From IMG/VR virus record IMGVR_UViG_3300030419_008158, positions 1-64,000 of that record: DNA of 64,000 bases. One strand, 5' to 3'. A model generated the notes under the pieces. That model made no database searches and was not told the origin of the DNA. It worked only from the letters and a program-made list of their open reading frames with translations. The position numbers were made by a program, and so were the translations under genes. Below, one piece after another: positions 44,543 through 56,600 of the stretch; the first letter of the stretch is position 1, and each line of letters opens with the position of its first letter.

Positions 44543-44857
44543 TTACTTCGATTTTTTAAGTGGTCGAGCCCCACCGAAAGAATCACCTGCTGCTTGAGCC
44601 GGAGATTTTCTCTTGCTAACTTTCTTAGATTTGTTTGGATACTCAGGACCGGCCCCTAAAGGAGTAGTCACCCCTCGAATTGCCCCGGTGCTTTGCAAAG
44701 AAGCTCCACCCGTACTAATTGCACTCACTTCTTCTTGCTCCTCTTCTTCTTCATCAGGAAGGTCAGGTTCAGTCAAAAGATCATCAGGTTCAGGGGTGTC
44801 AGCCGCTTCGTTCAGCATCCAATTAACATATTTCCAAAGTTGTTTTTGCATGTTCAT
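44543..44857 (-). CDS. Acidic/basic small hypothetical protein
   Basis: LNE motif; GATACTTA upstream. Confidence 0.6.
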   Translation of the reverse strand: MNMQKQLWKYVNWMLNEAADTPEPDDLLTEPDLPDEEEEEQEEVSAISTGGASLQSTGAIRGVTTPLGAGPEYPNKSKKVSKRKSPAQAAGDSFGGARPLKKSK

Positions 44858-44864
44858 AAGTATC
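44857..44864 (-). promoter_or_regulatory. Putative late promoter variant GATACTTA
   Basis: One mismatch to GATATTTA; 5 nt before ATG 44851. Confidence 0.45.
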
Positions 44865-44870
44865 TAGCAT

Positions 44871-45443
44871 TTACTTTAACATGTCAGACAATGCAAATGT
44901 TCTTGCTGTGTGAAGTGCTTGTGCCAAAGGCAAAATTTCATTTGCATAAAATCTATTTTCATCATATTGAAACCCAGCAGATGTTGCAATTGCAATCCAC
45001 TCGTCCCTAGTTACATTGAACCCATACTTTGCAACATAATACAAAGTTCTGTGCGCTACAGACATTTTTGGACAGTCTTCATTGTACTTGTAATGCCTGC
45101 CAAGCTTTTCTCGATGCCAATCAGACGTCTCTGGTAGATAAAGATCCATACCTTCGGGCGGATCCCCTAGTCGTCCGAGCTCATGAATAAGTGCAACTCT
45201 TGCCAAAGATTTAGGATTGACATTTTTGCTAAATGCCTTACAGTGCATTGCTGTAGAAATTGCAAAAGAAACCAATCCGCCAGGCGTTCCACCTTTTTCT
45301 GGGTGTGTATCTCTCGGAGCCAAAAAAATTCGATCCCCTAAGTCTTTTTCTAGGGCATCTACTGCTGTATCATTAAAGAACTTTCTAAGTAGAGAGACAT
45401 ACTTTTCATATGATGCTTTTATTTCTTCAAAATTTGTTTCCAT
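44871..45443 (-). CDS. HD-domain-like protein (degenerate)
   Basis: AP...GGLV, ALIHELGR, MSVAHRT, EWIAI. Confidence 0.6.
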   Translation of the reverse strand: METNFEEIKASYEKYVSLLRKFFNDTAVDALEKDLGDRIFLAPRDTHPEKGGTPGGLVSFAISTAMHCKAFSKNVNPKSLARVALIHELGRLGDPPEGMDLYLPETSDWHREKLGRHYKYNEDCPKMSVAHRTLYYVAKYGFNVTRDEWIAIATSAGFQYDENRFYANEILPLAQALHTARTFALSDMLK

Positions 45444-45449
45444 ATAGAT

Positions 45450-45478
45450 AATATAGAAAATTTTATTAGAATTTACAA
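45450..45478 (-). promoter_or_regulatory. Sigma-70-type promoter, leaderless arrangement
   Basis: TTGTAA-17 nt-TATATT, 6 nt before SD-less ATG. Confidence 0.6.
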
Positions 45479-46042
45479 ACCGACAATTGTAGGTGTGCTG
45501 ACTGAGTTTCTAGAAAGAAACTTTATTCCCTCTTTTAGCTTTAGAGACCCAGCATTTTCAGCTGCAGCTAGCGTCAAATAGATATATTTTGTAGCATCTC
45601 GAATGCTTAGATCATTAGATGCTCTGATGAACTGAACAGCTTCTTCACCTTTTACTTTTGCGGATTTTGGCTCTTTGAAGGCTCTTGCAAGAATTTCATT
45701 AGAATCTACAGCTTGTGAAACAATGCTCTCAGCTTTTTCTATATCTGTCGCACCGGAAGCATTTTTTACTCCTAAGTCTCTTAAAAGACCTTTTGGGTCC
45801 TTGAAGGCACGAGTTTCAGTTGCACTAAACATTTCCTTGAATCTTCCGCCACCGAAAGCGCCCTTTGTTATGATCTTTGATCTACCTTCAGATTCTGGTT
45901 TTTCCTTTTTAGGCTCAGGAGGTTTTTCAGGGCTCTCATCTGTTTCCGGTTTATTGTCCTTGGGGGAATTTTGGGATCCTGCTTGTTCAAGAACTAAACT
46001 GATAATTGCATCGTGAATTTGTTTGTCAAGTGATGATTTCAT
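45473..46042 (-). CDS. Hypothetical protein, putative virion component
   Basis: AGGAGG SD; VLE motif then Pro/Lys/Glu linker. Confidence 0.65.
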   Translation of the reverse strand: MKSSLDKQIHDAIISLVLEQAGSQNSPKDNKPETDESPEKPPEPKKEKPESEGRSKIITKGAFGGGRFKEMFSATETRAFKDPKGLLRDLGVKNASGATDIEKAESIVSQAVDSNEILARAFKEPKSAKVKGEEAVQFIRASNDLSIRDATKYIYLTLAAAENAGSLKLKEGIKFLSRNSVSTPTIVGL

Positions 46043-46057
46043 TTTGCCTCCTACGCT

Positions 46058-47176
46058 TTAATTATTCATCTTTTCACTTTTTGTCGGAAACCAAACACTG
46101 TCGTAGTAAATTGATTCACAGTCGCTAAAAAAATCTTTTTCATTCGCTGGAGGAACTTCTACGATCAAAGCATCGTGTATAACTAAAAGAGGCTTTACAG
46201 CTGGATTTTTCTTGCAAAGACGTGAAAAAAGCAAATTCGCCAAATCTGCAGCAGTTGATTGAATAAAGTGATTGACTCTAACTCTTGGTTGCTTCGTAGC
46301 TTCGTAAAGAGGACGGCCGAACATGTTGGTAATTGTTCCAGCAGCTGCCTGATTTTCGAGCATTTTTTCAAGATTCGAAACTTCAAAAAAATTTGATACG
46401 CGCTCTATGAGCCCTTTAGCTTGTGTTCGATTACCAACTGTAGCTGCAAGCCTATTGACGCTAGCGCCATACAAAGCAGATAAAGTTGCCTGTTTTGCAA
46501 CTTCTCTTTTGTCAATGTCACACATCTTCATAACAGTACTATATATGTCTTCACCAAATTCGTTTGCAGAAGACACCCAGAGGGCTACTCTGGGTTCCAA
46601 AGAAGTGAAATCGATAGAATATATGGACGAGCCCTTTTGAGTAGCACAGAGAGCATTTCTGGATTCTCTAGGAAGCACTAAAAAGTTGGGCCCACGTGTA
46701 ACTGTTAGACGACCAGTTGATGATCCTGCTGTCGAATAAGATATTTTGGAATTTGGATCTTTACAAACAGCAGAAACTGCTCTTGCATTAGAGGGACAGG
46801 ACTTAGAAAACTTGGCAGGATCTATCTTTACATGTCCTAAATTATGTAAGAACTGTCTAATTTCTTTCCACACATAAAAATAGTCAAAAAACTTTTTGTC
46901 CAGAAGTGTCAACTCATCTATTTTTTGTCTGACAGTTTCTTCTCTGTCTGTTGAACTTAATAGCAGCGGCCATAGACTTTCATCAACACCCAAAGCGTCA
47001 CACATAGAAAGTACAGCATCCGAAACAGAAGAAACATTTTCTCCTTTGCATATTGTCAAAAATTCGCAGAGATCTTTCCACGATATTTGGGCTTTTGAAA
47101 AGTCTGCTGTGGACGTATCAATGTCAATCTCTTTCAATCTAACATTCTTCTCGAGTACACGCTCATAGATTATCAT
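46058..47176 (-). CDS. Minimal family A DNA polymerase domain
   Basis: TGRL, motif A DFTSLEPR, motif B REVAKQATLSALYG, NHFIQSTAAD, motif C IHDA. Confidence 0.85.
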   Translation of the reverse strand: MIIYERVLEKNVRLKEIDIDTSTADFSKAQISWKDLCEFLTICKGENVSSVSDAVLSMCDALGVDESLWPLLLSSTDREETVRQKIDELTLLDKKFFDYFYVWKEIRQFLHNLGHVKIDPAKFSKSCPSNARAVSAVCKDPNSKISYSTAGSSTGRLTVTRGPNFLVLPRESRNALCATQKGSSIYSIDFTSLEPRVALWVSSANEFGEDIYSTVMKMCDIDKREVAKQATLSALYGASVNRLAATVGNRTQAKGLIERVSNFFEVSNLEKMLENQAAAGTITNMFGRPLYEATKQPRVRVNHFIQSTAADLANLLFSRLCKKNPAVKPLLVIHDALIVEVPPANEKDFFSDCESIYYDSVWFPTKSEKMNN

Positions 47177-47182
47177 TTTTAT

Positions 47183-47212
47183 ATTTTAGCTCATAGATAA
47201 ATCAATTTTCAA
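47183..47212 (-). promoter_or_regulatory. Sigma-70-type promoter, leaderless arrangement
   Basis: TTGAAA-18 nt-TAAAAT, 6 nt before SD-less ATG. Confidence 0.55.
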
Positions 47213-47228
47213 GCATAATATCTTCAGT

Positions 47229-50200
47229 CTATTCTGTGACTTTCTTTTGAGCCGCGGCTTTTCTTGCTGCAGCTGCTTTTGCGTTTATCTCTGCAATCTT
47301 TTCATCAGAACAAATTCCTGTTGTTGCTACACCGCTTTTAGCACTTACGCCGATCAGAGCTGCAATTGTAGATGCTAAAAGATCAAGTGCACTAGATTTG
47401 ATGTTCGCAAAGCGTCCGTAGACATCATATGGTCTCAGGTTCAGCTCTGTGCTAAAATTTCCTGGTCCTAAAGTGTGCTGAACAGATGTGACAACATAAT
47501 AGTTATCAAGAGTTGTGTTTGTGCCGAAATCAACAAAGTATTTCTGAAATAGACGAAGGTTCGGACAACCAAGTGTCTTAGCTGACAGGGTTGCGGGGTG
47601 AACCATCAAGGGGGTGTCGACAGTAGCATCTTTGTTCCCCTTTTTTCCTCCGGCTTTTGCAAAACGTTTTGAAATTGCAATTGAGCTCAAAGCATCGTTT
47701 GTCTCAGACGCCAGAGTTGCCTCAACCACACCAGAACCCTCTATTCCGTGTGCGATATAGGGAGTATTATCAAAAAAGAATCTTCTTATTTGGCTCCCTG
47801 TGGTCTTAGAATGGTCAAGAATGTACACGCCTTTGAAGAAATCTTCAATTATTTTTGCGTAGTTTTTGCTTGCCTTCTTTCCAGCATTTTCCACCTGTTT
47901 CCGAGCCTCGGCGAGGACTTTGGTTTGCTCATCATCCGTTAATTTACGAATCATGCCTTTACCGTCAGGCCCTAAATCTTTTAGAACCTTTGTGTAAACA
48001 GCGTTATGATCGGGGCTTCGATTTTTTGATGCCGTAGAGTAATCGTTTTCAACAAAATAGCTTTTTTTCACCATGCTCATAAGAGCGTCAGCTGCTGTCC
48101 CAAATCTTCCTGATGTCATGTCTGAAAAGTGAACTCTGACGATGTCCGCCTTGGTCTGGAAGACTCCGCCCGGTCGCTTTTTTGTTTTGGACTTTTTTGT
48201 AGTTACGCGAACATTGACACGGGGTTTCTGAAATCTGGGATTTGTTCGCTTCTTGGCGCCATAAATCTTGTCGAGCATAGCAGTTGTCTTTTCTTGTAGA
48301 TGAATTGCTGAACCTGCGTCTTTTGATGATTTTTTAATGAGCTTTCTTGTGGCATCATCCTTTCCTTGAGCTCCTCCGCCCTTGGCTCGCTCGTTTTGAC
48401 CCAATATGTCTCCCAGACCGTATGCTCTTGCGCCGTCCCAGGTCAAAAACTTGTCATTTACGAACTTAATAAATTGCGTTGAAGACATAGTTGTCTGCTT
48501 TAAAAGCTGCGCTTCGAGCTCGCTTTGAAAATCTTCCAGCCAAATTGGAAATTGTGAAATATTGTGATCAAAAACATTTGCAGCATCTTGATTGAAAGAC
48601 CCGAAAACAAACTGGACTTCATTTTGGTCAGTGGAAAGAGCGGGCGCCAGCGCAGCCATCATAATCTTTCCATATGACGCATATGCCTGTACACGACGGC
48701 CCTTAGGCTCATCGTCACGCTTTTTGAGCTTTTCGCTGCCCAGGCTTGCCTTTCCCACACCAACATTTGCTGTGGAGGACATCCTCAAAAAAGGATCGGG
48801 CGTATTTTTCAGACTGTCAACAAATCTAGTAGCTGCACTAGTTCTTGCATTTCGAAGTTTTTCTCGCTTAGAGGGCGTTTTTCCCTGTGCCAGAAGAATT
48901 CCTGCAATTGAATAAGCTGCATCTCTAACTGCTGCCGACTTCTTTGTTTTCTTGACAATGTCCAAAAACTCTTTTAGCTTTTTCCACTCTTTGTCATTCA
49001 TCGAAATCAAGCTGTCAACACTAGGTGCCTGTATAAATTGAGGTACTGTCAAGCCCGTAGCGGTTCCCCCCAAGACTTCTCGAAATGTTCTTCTAATTTG
49101 GTCGAGATCCTGCAACAAACTTGTAACTTTCACACCTGCAACTTTGTCAGTCGGCAAAAGGCTAAAGGCGTCAAGCTGTGTATTGTCCAGCTCAGAAGAA
49201 CCCACCATGGTCAGAGATAACTGAATGTCAACTGTACCGTCGGCCTGAACTGTATAATTGCTATTGTAAACTGAGTATAGCTCAGACACACGCATAGAGT
49301 CTATAAGTTCACCGTATCTGGGTGAAAGCTGTGCATCGGAAGGCCTGGAAATATTTTTTCCTTCTGGGTGTGACCACCCATAGATGATTTCAAGCCTTAG
49401 GCTGGGATCACGCCTAGGTGCTACAAATTCAGCAACTTCGTTTAGCCTACCCTTATCAAATAATTTGAGATTCAAAGTGGCAGTTTTGTAGGATATTGTG
49501 CCGGCGCCGGAGGGTGTATCTGTCACTGTAAGGTCTTGAATTCCCATGAACGGTCTAAAGGCATCAATTCTATCGTAACCTTGAAATCGGTCATACGCGG
49601 GGTGGCGGGCATCGACCAAAGTCTGAGGAGTGGTAAAAACTTCCATGCCGGCGACCATTCCAGTGGTCGGCTTATTTGGTTGATCTGCGTCTGGTTCAAA
49701 ATCATTTGCTGGGCTGTCAAACTGTGCTGTCAGCGTGATGGGATGCTCCCCATCATCCGACCTTAAGAATTTCCCCAGGGACATGTCAGGGACTCCGATA
49801 TTCCCATCCTCGTAGTCAACTGATTTTATAATTCTCACTTCTAGGTACGGGACGGCTCGGGTGATGTCCAGTGTTCTAGTGGCATTTAAAAATAGGCTGG
49901 CAATGTCGGCATCACCGACATCAAGGCCCATCTTTACTGGGAAAATTTGAAATGCGCACACGTTGCTTTGATCGTTTCCACCGGGAAGAATTTTTGTGAT
50001 ATCGAATTTTCCCTTCTTTGTGCCCCAACCCTGATCGTCTTCTTTGGCACGATCATATTCGAGACCAGATAGCTTTGAATAGTGGGCCGAATGGGCTGGA
50101 TTGCCTAAGAAACACACGCTCTTTCGGTCATCTTCAGTAAACTGATCTTTTCCTAAAAGATCCATACCAGCATATTCTTTTCCATCGCTATAAAGCTCAT

Positions 50201-50357
50201 CAAGAAGATTGGCCAGCGCTGTTTTATCTCCCTGGGAATTGGCATTACTATCTGTCGAAATTGTTGATTTAGCCAGCGGGTTTAAAAATGCATCTCTGGC
50301 GCGCAAACCAAAGTACTTCGCAAGTGCGTTGTATGCTTGACGACTATCAGCTGCCAT
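47229..50357 (-). CDS. Putative baseplate hub / late-control (gp27/GpD-like) tail protein
   Basis: Follows LysM gene; YGWSHP; C-terminal GCP...YVVTSVQHTLGPGNFST typical of hub beta-barrels. Confidence 0.55.
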   Translation of the reverse strand: MAADSRQAYNALAKYFGLRARDAFLNPLAKSTISTDSNANSQGDKTALANLLDELYSDGKEYAGMDLLGKDQFTEDDRKSVCFLGNPAHSAHYSKLSGLEYDRAKEDDQGWGTKKGKFDITKILPGGNDQSNVCAFQIFPVKMGLDVGDADIASLFLNATRTLDITRAVPYLEVRIIKSVDYEDGNIGVPDMSLGKFLRSDDGEHPITLTAQFDSPANDFEPDADQPNKPTTGMVAGMEVFTTPQTLVDARHPAYDRFQGYDRIDAFRPFMGIQDLTVTDTPSGAGTISYKTATLNLKLFDKGRLNEVAEFVAPRRDPSLRLEIIYGWSHPEGKNISRPSDAQLSPRYGELIDSMRVSELYSVYNSNYTVQADGTVDIQLSLTMVGSSELDNTQLDAFSLLPTDKVAGVKVTSLLQDLDQIRRTFREVLGGTATGLTVPQFIQAPSVDSLISMNDKEWKKLKEFLDIVKKTKKSAAVRDAAYSIAGILLAQGKTPSKREKLRNARTSAATRFVDSLKNTPDPFLRMSSTANVGVGKASLGSEKLKKRDDEPKGRRVQAYASYGKIMMAALAPALSTDQNEVQFVFGSFNQDAANVFDHNISQFPIWLEDFQSELEAQLLKQTTMSSTQFIKFVNDKFLTWDGARAYGLGDILGQNERAKGGGAQGKDDATRKLIKKSSKDAGSAIHLQEKTTAMLDKIYGAKKRTNPRFQKPRVNVRVTTKKSKTKKRPGGVFQTKADIVRVHFSDMTSGRFGTAADALMSMVKKSYFVENDYSTASKNRSPDHNAVYTKVLKDLGPDGKGMIRKLTDDEQTKVLAEARKQVENAGKKASKNYAKIIEDFFKGVYILDHSKTTGSQIRRFFFDNTPYIAHGIEGSGVVEATLASETNDALSSIAISKRFAKAGGKKGNKDATVDTPLMVHPATLSAKTLGCPNLRLFQKYFVDFGTNTTLDNYYVVTSVQHTLGPGNFSTELNLRPYDVYGRFANIKSSALDLLASTIAALIGVSAKSGVATTGICSDEKIAEINAKAAAARKAAAQKKVTE

Positions 50358-50659
50358 TAGATGAAATTCTCCACATCAGAAAAGTTAACAGGTATCAAGA
50401 GGCTTGTTCCCGCCGGTGCCTGCAACCACCAGCCAATTCCGCTTGCAGCTGCGATTACCCACCAAAGTCTTCCATCTCCGTACTGTTGATGTGCAAGTAT
50501 GTCTAGACGAGTAGTTGCTGTCAAAACTTTTGTTTGAGTGGGAATAAGCCCAGACACAACACCCTCCCTAACTCTGACTATTGCATTGTTTGTTCCGAGA
50601 ATAGTGTATCCTCTCTGGTTTTGCAGTGTAGAGTCATTTGCATATCTGCTAATAGCCAT
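50357..50659 (-). CDS. LysM-like baseplate wedge protein (gp53/tail X-like)
   Basis: RLDILAHQQYGDGRLWWVIAAASGI...GTSLLIP. Confidence 0.8.
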   Translation of the reverse strand: MAISRYANDSTLQNQRGYTILGTNNAIVRVREGVVSGLIPTQTKVLTATTRLDILAHQQYGDGRLWWVIAAASGIGWWLQAPAGTSLLIPVNFSDVENFI

Positions 50660-50675
50660 TAATCATTCTCCTATG

Positions 50676-53600
50676 CTAAAATCCGGGAATTCCCGGGCCT
50701 TCCTTGGGTCCGGCGCCTCTTCGAGATGCTTGCTCGACGACCTTGATAGCCTCACTGTAGGCTTCCTCGTTAGCAGTGACTTCTAATTCTTTTTCATCAT
50801 AAACACCGCCGAACGAGGTCTGGTGCGGATCATTTCTATCAGACACCAATTTTCCGGTTGGGTGTGATAGTGCTCTAGTTCTTCCCATGTAATCTAAACC
50901 AACTGGCAGGTCGTAAATTGGAGCAAATCCCATTGTAATAGAGACAGACTTGGGCGCTTTTCCAAGCTTAGAATCCACCTCCCATGTGCTTTCTGAGTAG
51001 TCCAGTGCCATGTTTGTTATGACACCCGCCAGACCTTTTCCTCTGGTCGAGTTAAACGACCTCACTATTGCGTTATTATTCTCATTAAAGAACTTCTGGG
51101 CATCTGTTACCCACGTTTCGGTATCAGTGTCCGCATCGAAACCGGATTTTTCTTCTGCAGCTTTTTGCACAGCAGTTTTTTTGTCACCTTCGAACTGTAT
51201 ACCATCTCTCAGCAGCAACCTATCGTGGACATTATTGAATCTAAGCACTGTGATATCTTTAAGTTTAACTTTGATGGCCTTGCTTTGTCGGGCGTTGTAG
51301 AGTTTGAATGTACCCTTTATCTTCCAGCTCAGCTTGCCCGTGTTGCCGAAGGCGTCGCCGAGTTTGCCAAACAAACCACCTTCCCTGTCTTCACCCGAAT
51401 CATACACTAAGTAAGAGTCGGATTTTAGCGTAACAGCACCGCTCTCGACGTAGTCGGTACCGGAAAAATTACCATATTTATTTGCTGTGTCTAAATCTTC
51501 TTGATATGCACCGTCGAGGTTGACTGTGACTGGACCGTTTGCATCAAAGCGATACTTTCCGGCTTTGACTTCATCGTAAAATTTTCCAAATGTCTTCGCG
51601 TCCGGATACCCTACTGAGGCGTCTAGTGCCAAATTCCTGAGTCTGTTAATTTCTTTGTTCAGCTCTTCTTTGTACGCCTTCAGGCCCCCCAACGCTTTTT
51701 TTGAATCCATTCCGTCGTACTTGAAAGTTCCAGCTTCCTCTGTATATCCAAAAAGAGACCGAAGTGCAGTAGTGCTGTAGTTAGATTTTAGCACATCGCC
51801 CAATCTAATTCTGATCACTGGAGAAGCTGCAGGAACTTGAGAAAAAGGTTGTATAAAGCTTACTTCTTTGTCGCCCTTGAGTGTTCTCTGTACGCCTTTT
51901 GAGTATTGTGGGTAAAGCATTGTCACGAGTTTATTCACTGTGTACCAGAGAGACGTGTAGTCCTCGGGGCCAAATGCTATCAGCTTGAAAGTCAAGTTTA
52001 TAGTTCTGTCTGTATTAGAGTGAATTCTCACGGGATCTTGACGACCGTAAGAATTGATCGAATTATAATTGACAGCGTACTGCTCGTCAAAAGATGTTAC
52101 AAATGCCGGCATTGAAATTATTTCGTATGTTCGAAGATCGTGAAAGTAGAAGGGCATATACTCAGCATCGAGTGCCATCTCCATTTTTCTCACATTGTCT
52201 TTTGTCGCCTCTAGCTTTCTTATGGGACTTAATCCTGTAAGCCTGGAGTCAGCAACAGAAGAGGCGGGAAAAGTGCTCAAAGACAGCGGGTTTTTTGCAT
52301 TTCCTCCAAAACGAGACACATTTTGTCTCATTCGGGCCACAGAAACCATGTTGGACACAGCTTTGCTGTCGCCACTAAGATCTTGTGCCCTTGGAATAAG
52401 AGGGACATTTAGTCCCTTGAGATCATACAGACCATCGTCTATTGAGACTCCTGGTGGCCCAAATAGCGATTTTATATTCGCGTCCCCTACCATTGCAGAA
52501 ATCATAATAAACTGATAAAGCTGAGAATTTACTAGCTCGTCTACAGCTGGAAAAAATGATTCTAGGGCACCTACACCTGTGGGTGCACCGCCTAAAACAG
52601 CAAATGCGCTGACCACTCGCTGGCCGCTCATTATTATCTGCCTCATAAAGTTAGCATAGTAAGCGGGTGACTTAAATAAATTGAAAGCAAAGTCTATAAG
52701 ACCCACACCTGTGGCCATTGATGCTTCAACATCATCACGAACAAAATTTCCAGGAAAACCGATCATTAGCAACATTCCTGAGCCCACACAGTCTCCAAAG
52801 TCATTGTCAGTGTTGGGTATTCTAAACATTGCGTACATTTCGTCAATAAACGTTTGGAGCGGTCCCGGTGCTTCAAATCCGCCGCCGCTTTCTTCGTCGC
52901 GCGGGAGCATTTGATATCGACCATATCTCATTTCCGCAGGGTTTCGACCGTCCTTAGGATACTTCTTTTCATTTTGAACATTAGAAGCAATCTCTTGTAT
53001 GACTAATCCTGCTATCATCATTGCCGCAATAGAGAGCACACCAATGTAAAGCATTCCAACTGAATCTAATAGAAGTCCGTTACCAAAAGGCTCCAAGTAA
53101 TTATTAAGTTGTGAGTGACTCACTCCGTTGTACGGTGAGTCATCGAGCCCAGAACCTCTTACTGCAAGCCGCGTACTAGTACTAGAATCGTCACCAAGCT
53201 GAAGTGACATAAAAGTATCGTTTCCTGTTGCACCTCTTAGTTTAGCCGCCATCGGGCCTGAGGCTCCATCACCGGTTGCCATAGACTTAAACCGAAGCGC
53301 AGCTAAATCAACACCGGCGAGACCCATCTGTTCGAGGGGGTTCGCCAAAACTGCCCCTGCCGAGGACAAATCTTCAAGAAGACCTAGTGAGCCCCCATAA
53401 TCTCCGGTCGCGCGGACTAGCGCAGCATTTGCCATGTGTGACATGTCGTCCGCGGTCACACGAGTTCCACTTATGTCACCTCCGCTCGCAATGGAGGGAT
53501 CGGGAGCTGTCAAAAATTTTCCTAGAACTCGTTGGAGCGTGAAGAGGCCCTGTGTCGCTGTACCCTCATCTTTAGACATTGAATCTCTGATAAAGGGAGA

Positions 53601-56600
53601 TTTCTCCGACGGAGAGTATAAATTTTCATTCTTGAGCATGTCAAGAACAGCTTGCATGACACCGGTGGGATCATCGTCCTCTTTGTAGGTGTCCAAATAA
53701 CTTGTAGGAACTCCTTTTCCCGGTGCAGGAACACCCGCGGGCAGATTTTTTGGATTCCCTAGTTCAACTAGTGATGAGCCTAAACGCCCGTCCTCTTCAG
53801 AATCGCTATTGTGCGTTCTAAGCTTGTCTTTGTTGATAAGCGCCGCGGCGCCGGCGAGACCTGTGCCGACAGAGCCGTCAATTGACCTGCCTTGGTCGTT
53901 TACAAAGAACCTGTCTTCATCTCCTGGAGTTATTGGTATTTCGGATCTTCTTTCTAGAGGCGTCTCAACAAGTGGCCCTGTTTCTATGCTAAGAGACGGT
54001 CCGTACTCGTTGGACTTGGCGCCGGCGAATGAATAAATTTCGGTATATGCCTCTATCCATTCATCGCCGTCATCAAGAAATTTTGCTTTTGACTTCTCAA
54101 ATTTACCTAGATCCTGTTGAGCTGTAAACACCGCTGCTAATTTTTCCGGCCCTGCAGCATTCTCATCTGTTGCTGCTGGAAAATCAAACGTTGCGACAGA
54201 CCCCACTGCGTCGCCTGTCAAGTAAGCATCGCCCGGGACATATGGATTTTGACTGTTATCTAAGCCGAGTTGAACTTTTTCGGCAAACGCAGAAGGATCA
54301 AAAGAGTCACTTGTGAGCGGTTTTGCCATCGGGACTTTAATGACAGCATCGTCCTCAGAAGACATAACCTTATCGATCTCATAGTCTCCATCGGTAAAAA
54401 AGTTAGGTCCGACGCCAGGAGAGGGAACCATCTCTGTATCTTGTGCAAAAGAAAGATCACTCTTGTCTGTAAATGAAGGTCCAGCTGACTTTGGAAGTGT
54501 TGGAGCATCATTCATCGAAGATTCTATTTCGGGTCTATGAGTGTTTAGAGATAGCTTGGCAGATCCTTCATCGCCCAACTGCAGTGTGGATATGCTGTCG
54601 GCGGAAAAAGAATGCCCTCCTTGATCATCATAGACACCTAGTCCACCCAAATCACCCGGAGGTAGTGTGACTTCTTGTTCGAGGCCAAAACTAGTCTTGC
54701 TAACGTCGTGAGGTACAAAATCTAAATTAGTAGTGTGTTTACTGGCAGGAGTGAATTTATTGCTTTGTCCGAGCTGAACTTGAACCTGTTCAGAAATCGA
54801 CTCTGCACTTTCTGGAAGCTTACTTCCTAATTTTTCAGGTGTACCTCCCGTCTTATCAATAAATTCTGTTACTTGATCTTGTGTAAAGAACGTCCCTAAT
54901 GTTTGCCCGTTATCGAAATCACTGCCCGGAGCGCTGTCAATGCTCGGCAGCCCTAGGCCGGACTCTTCTATGTTCGAAGTGTCTGCAGCAAAAAACGCGT
55001 CGCCTTCACCTGAAATTATTTTTGTGTCTGCAGACTTTTCCAGCTGTGCTTTCTTTACGTCCGGATCCAGCGCCGCGCCGTCCTGAAGCTCTTGTGGGTG
55101 GTATGGGTGGTGACCCAAATAGCCGGTCGTTGGTTTTCCTGCTATTTGTGTCTGTTGCAAATAAGCATTATGGACAGGAGATCGACCCGGAGATTCCTCA
55201 AAGACACCTGGTGTTGGCTGTCTTCCCGGATAGTTCACATCATTTGTATTGCTGGAAACAACAGATTTTGGCCAAATGAAGTCTCCTGCGACTGTTGCAC
55301 TTGGAACGTGCTCTTCACCTCCGGGTGTGTTTGGATTCGATGAGTCTGTGAGCTGGAGCGCTGTATGAAGGTTGTGTTCAATCACTCTAGTCTGACTGAA
55401 TATATCATGACCCTTTAACGCAGGAGATCCTCCAGTCTTGTCGAGAACGAGATTTAATTGAGCCTGGGTGAAGAACGTCCCTAGAATTTGTCCAGAATCT
55501 GATCCCGGAGGATTGGCTCCTGGTGTACCGGTAGACTTAGGAACCCCAAGCCCAGAACTCTGTAGCCCTTCCGGAGCTGTCTCCGCAGTTAATTCATCAT
55601 TGTCTGCGTCCACAGAAGACGCAAATACTTTTCCAAGGCCACTTGCAGTAGGTGCGATAGAGTCACCCACTTTATTTGAGTCAAAGTATGTATCTGCTGG
55701 GTCTGGATGGTATGTGTTGGAATGTGTAGCTTCTCGATTGTCCCCCAAGTAGTCGTCTGTAGGGCCGTCTGAGCTTGCATCATTTAACAGTTTTTGGACA
55801 GTTGCAGCATTAGATGTGTTAGTGACAGGATCAGTGCTGGCTTCTGCTTCAAATTTTCCAAGCGTGCTTTGATCTTTAACGTAAAGCTGGTCTGTGCTGT
55901 CTTTGTCAGCACCCGTATTCTTAGATGAGTATGGACTAGCTGCTTCTGATGGGTCGTAGGGATTGTTATCAGCAAGTTGTGTCTGTGTGTATTCTGTCAG
56001 CAGACCTTCAGCCTCACCTACTTTTTCTGCCTTAGACATAAGATCATTGGGTGCAGCAGTTATTTGCAGATCTGCTATTTGATCAACTGTATAAAAGCTG
56101 TTGCCCACACCGGGTGTCGATTCTCCGTCCCTATAAGCTCCACCTGTAAAAGTGAAGTCTGACACTTTTTTGAAAAAATTATCTAATTCGCCGGCTTGAA
56201 CGTGAGTATTTGGGTCTGTAAAATTCGGAGCATCGCCATGGTTTACCGGGTAATTTGTGTTTGTTCCCAGCCCAGGTGCACCCGAAGACCGATCATATGC
56301 CTCTTTAGCCAATTCTTCCGGCGTTCTTTTGTCGACTACATTGCTGTGTGCACCTCGAACATTTTGCTCTCCAGGAATTCCTATATCTTCCGCTGTAGAT
56401 TTGATTGTGTTACCTACAGCGTCTACAGACAATACGGACTCGTACTCACCTATGGTGTTGCCGACATCGGGCTTATAAATGTTGCCTACACCTAGCTGTG
56501 TCTGTACTGATGTTGCAGCTTTTCCCACTTTTATTGGAGCAAATAGATCGCTTCCCTTCTTATTAGAAACCCCTCCTGTTTTATCTAAAACTTCGTCTAT

